Source: Eledone cirrhosa
Taxonomy: Eukaryota
Reading direction: 5' to 3'
DNA length: 64,000 nt
NCBI GenBank assembly: GCA_964016885.1
Contig: OZ024745.1
Span: 99,014,001 to 99,078,000 of the forward strand
Part shown: piece by piece, positions 62,531 through 64,000 of the stretch
Layout of the letters: every line of letters starts with the position of its first letter
Position numbering within the stretch: position 1 is the first letter of the stretch
Position numbers and translations under genes: made by a program
The notes under the pieces: generated by a model
What the model saw: the letters and a program-made list of their open reading frames with translations, nothing else
Told to the model about the DNA's origin: nothing
Databases searched by the model: none

Positions 62531-62559
62531 AGCTTCATAAAGAAAACAGACAATAAACA

Positions 62560-62604
<45 letters not shown>

Positions 62605-63184
62605 TTAGATATACAAACATACATACGTTATGTACACAGATACAACATGACCATTGCGTGTTAATGAGCTGCAAAGTAGAGATGACATTTTTGCCCAGTT
62701 GATGATTTGCAGCTTTCATCACAACTATTAAATATGTCTCTTCTCGGTTAAATACAATGCAAAATCATGACATTTGCCACTGTGTACAGAATTTACAGTA
62801 TACACACATTTTTTTCAACAAAAATACAATATAAAAACCAACATATGACTAATCTATTGGAAATCCAAGCCTCAATTTAAAATATATCATACATTGTAAA
62901 TGCCAAAAGCAAGTATTCAACACTGTGTGATTTTAGCTGAAAGTAGTTCTCTTTAAATAGCCAATACAGCCATATGTATCCACTTTAGAATAGGTGCACA
63001 GTATCCTGGTGTGTTGTAAGACTAAAAGGGTTGAGGCTGTAAAACACTGCCTCAAAAAGCCCTGCCAAACCCATGTCAGCATGGAAAAGTTTACGTAAAA
63101 ATGGTAAATAAATATAACAATATATTTCTGTTAAAAATAATAGATTACAGAATTTTATATATAATTTATCATTGGTAAAAAGGT

Positions 63185-63735
63185 TCCATAGAAATAGTTA
63201 ATAGTTTGTTACCTAGGTGACCTAGTTAGCAGTGGATGTTCTGAAAACATAGTAGCCAGAATAAGAACAGGATAGGAAAAGCTCAGGAAACTACTTTGTG
63301 TGTTAACAACAAAGGGATTAGCTCTCCAAGTGAAAGATAGATTTATATGTTGCTAGCATGAGAAGTGTGATGCTACATGGTAGTGAGATATGGGCAATGA
63401 TTACAGAGGGTATGTGAAGACTGAAGTGAAATGAAGAGAGTATGCTCTGATGGATGTGTAATATTAATGTAGCACAGATGTACTGAGGAAAAAACTAAGC
63501 ATAAGAAGATTGCACTGGTATGGGCACGCAGTGCATTTGGATGATGATCTATGGGCGAAGTGCTGCAGAAGTGAAAGACCAAGGAATGCCTGCATAGAGA
63601 TGATAAGAGCTGATCTCAACATGCTGAACCTCACAGAGGAGATGACAAAAGAACTTAACACATGGAAGGAAACTGTACTGGAGAAGACTCATCCAACCCA
63701 TGCAAGCATGAAAAAGTAAACATACAATGATAATA
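63185..63735 (+). mobile_element. Decayed RTE LINE 3' portion
   Basis: CYLGDL..SENIVARIRTG, MLHGSEIWA, LHWYGHA, RADLNMLNL, then AACCCATGCAAGCATGAAAA. Confidence 0.8.
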
Positions 63736-64000
63736 GTTGCCCTTAACTAACAGTTGATAAAATATTTTGTTCTTTAAGTTGATATTGTAAAAGCACACTT
63801 TGACCATTCAATATACGAGTCAATAATCAAAACAATAATTTCTGAATCACAATTTACTGTTAGTAAACAAATTCTTTGAATCCCTTATTGGCTAGATAGG
63901 AAACCTGTTGAATATGTTTCCTATTTAATTAGAACATTGCAGTTTTATGTTCATACGTAATTTGCTTCCTAACATGTTTTTCACTGGAATATATAATTAA

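Overview
AT-rich, repeat-dense eukaryotic DNA with no convincing host protein-coding exon; it looks like a gene desert or a very large intron. The repeat landscape suggests an octopod cephalopod, inferred from repeat types and not verified. It has dense (TA)n/(CA)n/(GAT)n microsatellites, tRNA-headed SINEs with Deu/Nin-like or CORE-like bodies, and RTE LINEs with (GAT)n tails. The only long ORF is the reverse transcriptase of a 5'-truncated CR1-type LINE (7753-9992). Other mobile elements are many RTE LINE fragments (one with a PHD finger inside the RT C-terminal region), several SINEs with target-site duplications (TSDs), TTAA-flanked piggyBac-like MITEs, tiny Tc1/mariner hairpin MITEs, a hAT MITE and an internally deleted Helitron that keeps both ends. 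A 1.8-kb minisatellite appears to have amplified from inside a MITE. The most unusual signal lies at 51.4-58.0 kb, where short structured-RNA modules sit between microsatellite tracts. These are a hammerhead ribozyme candidate, a tRNA-like Pol III cassette between direct repeats, and a 143-bp palindrome of two back-to-back degenerate hammerheads. All folds and alignments were done by eye, so coordinates of degenerate copies are approximate.
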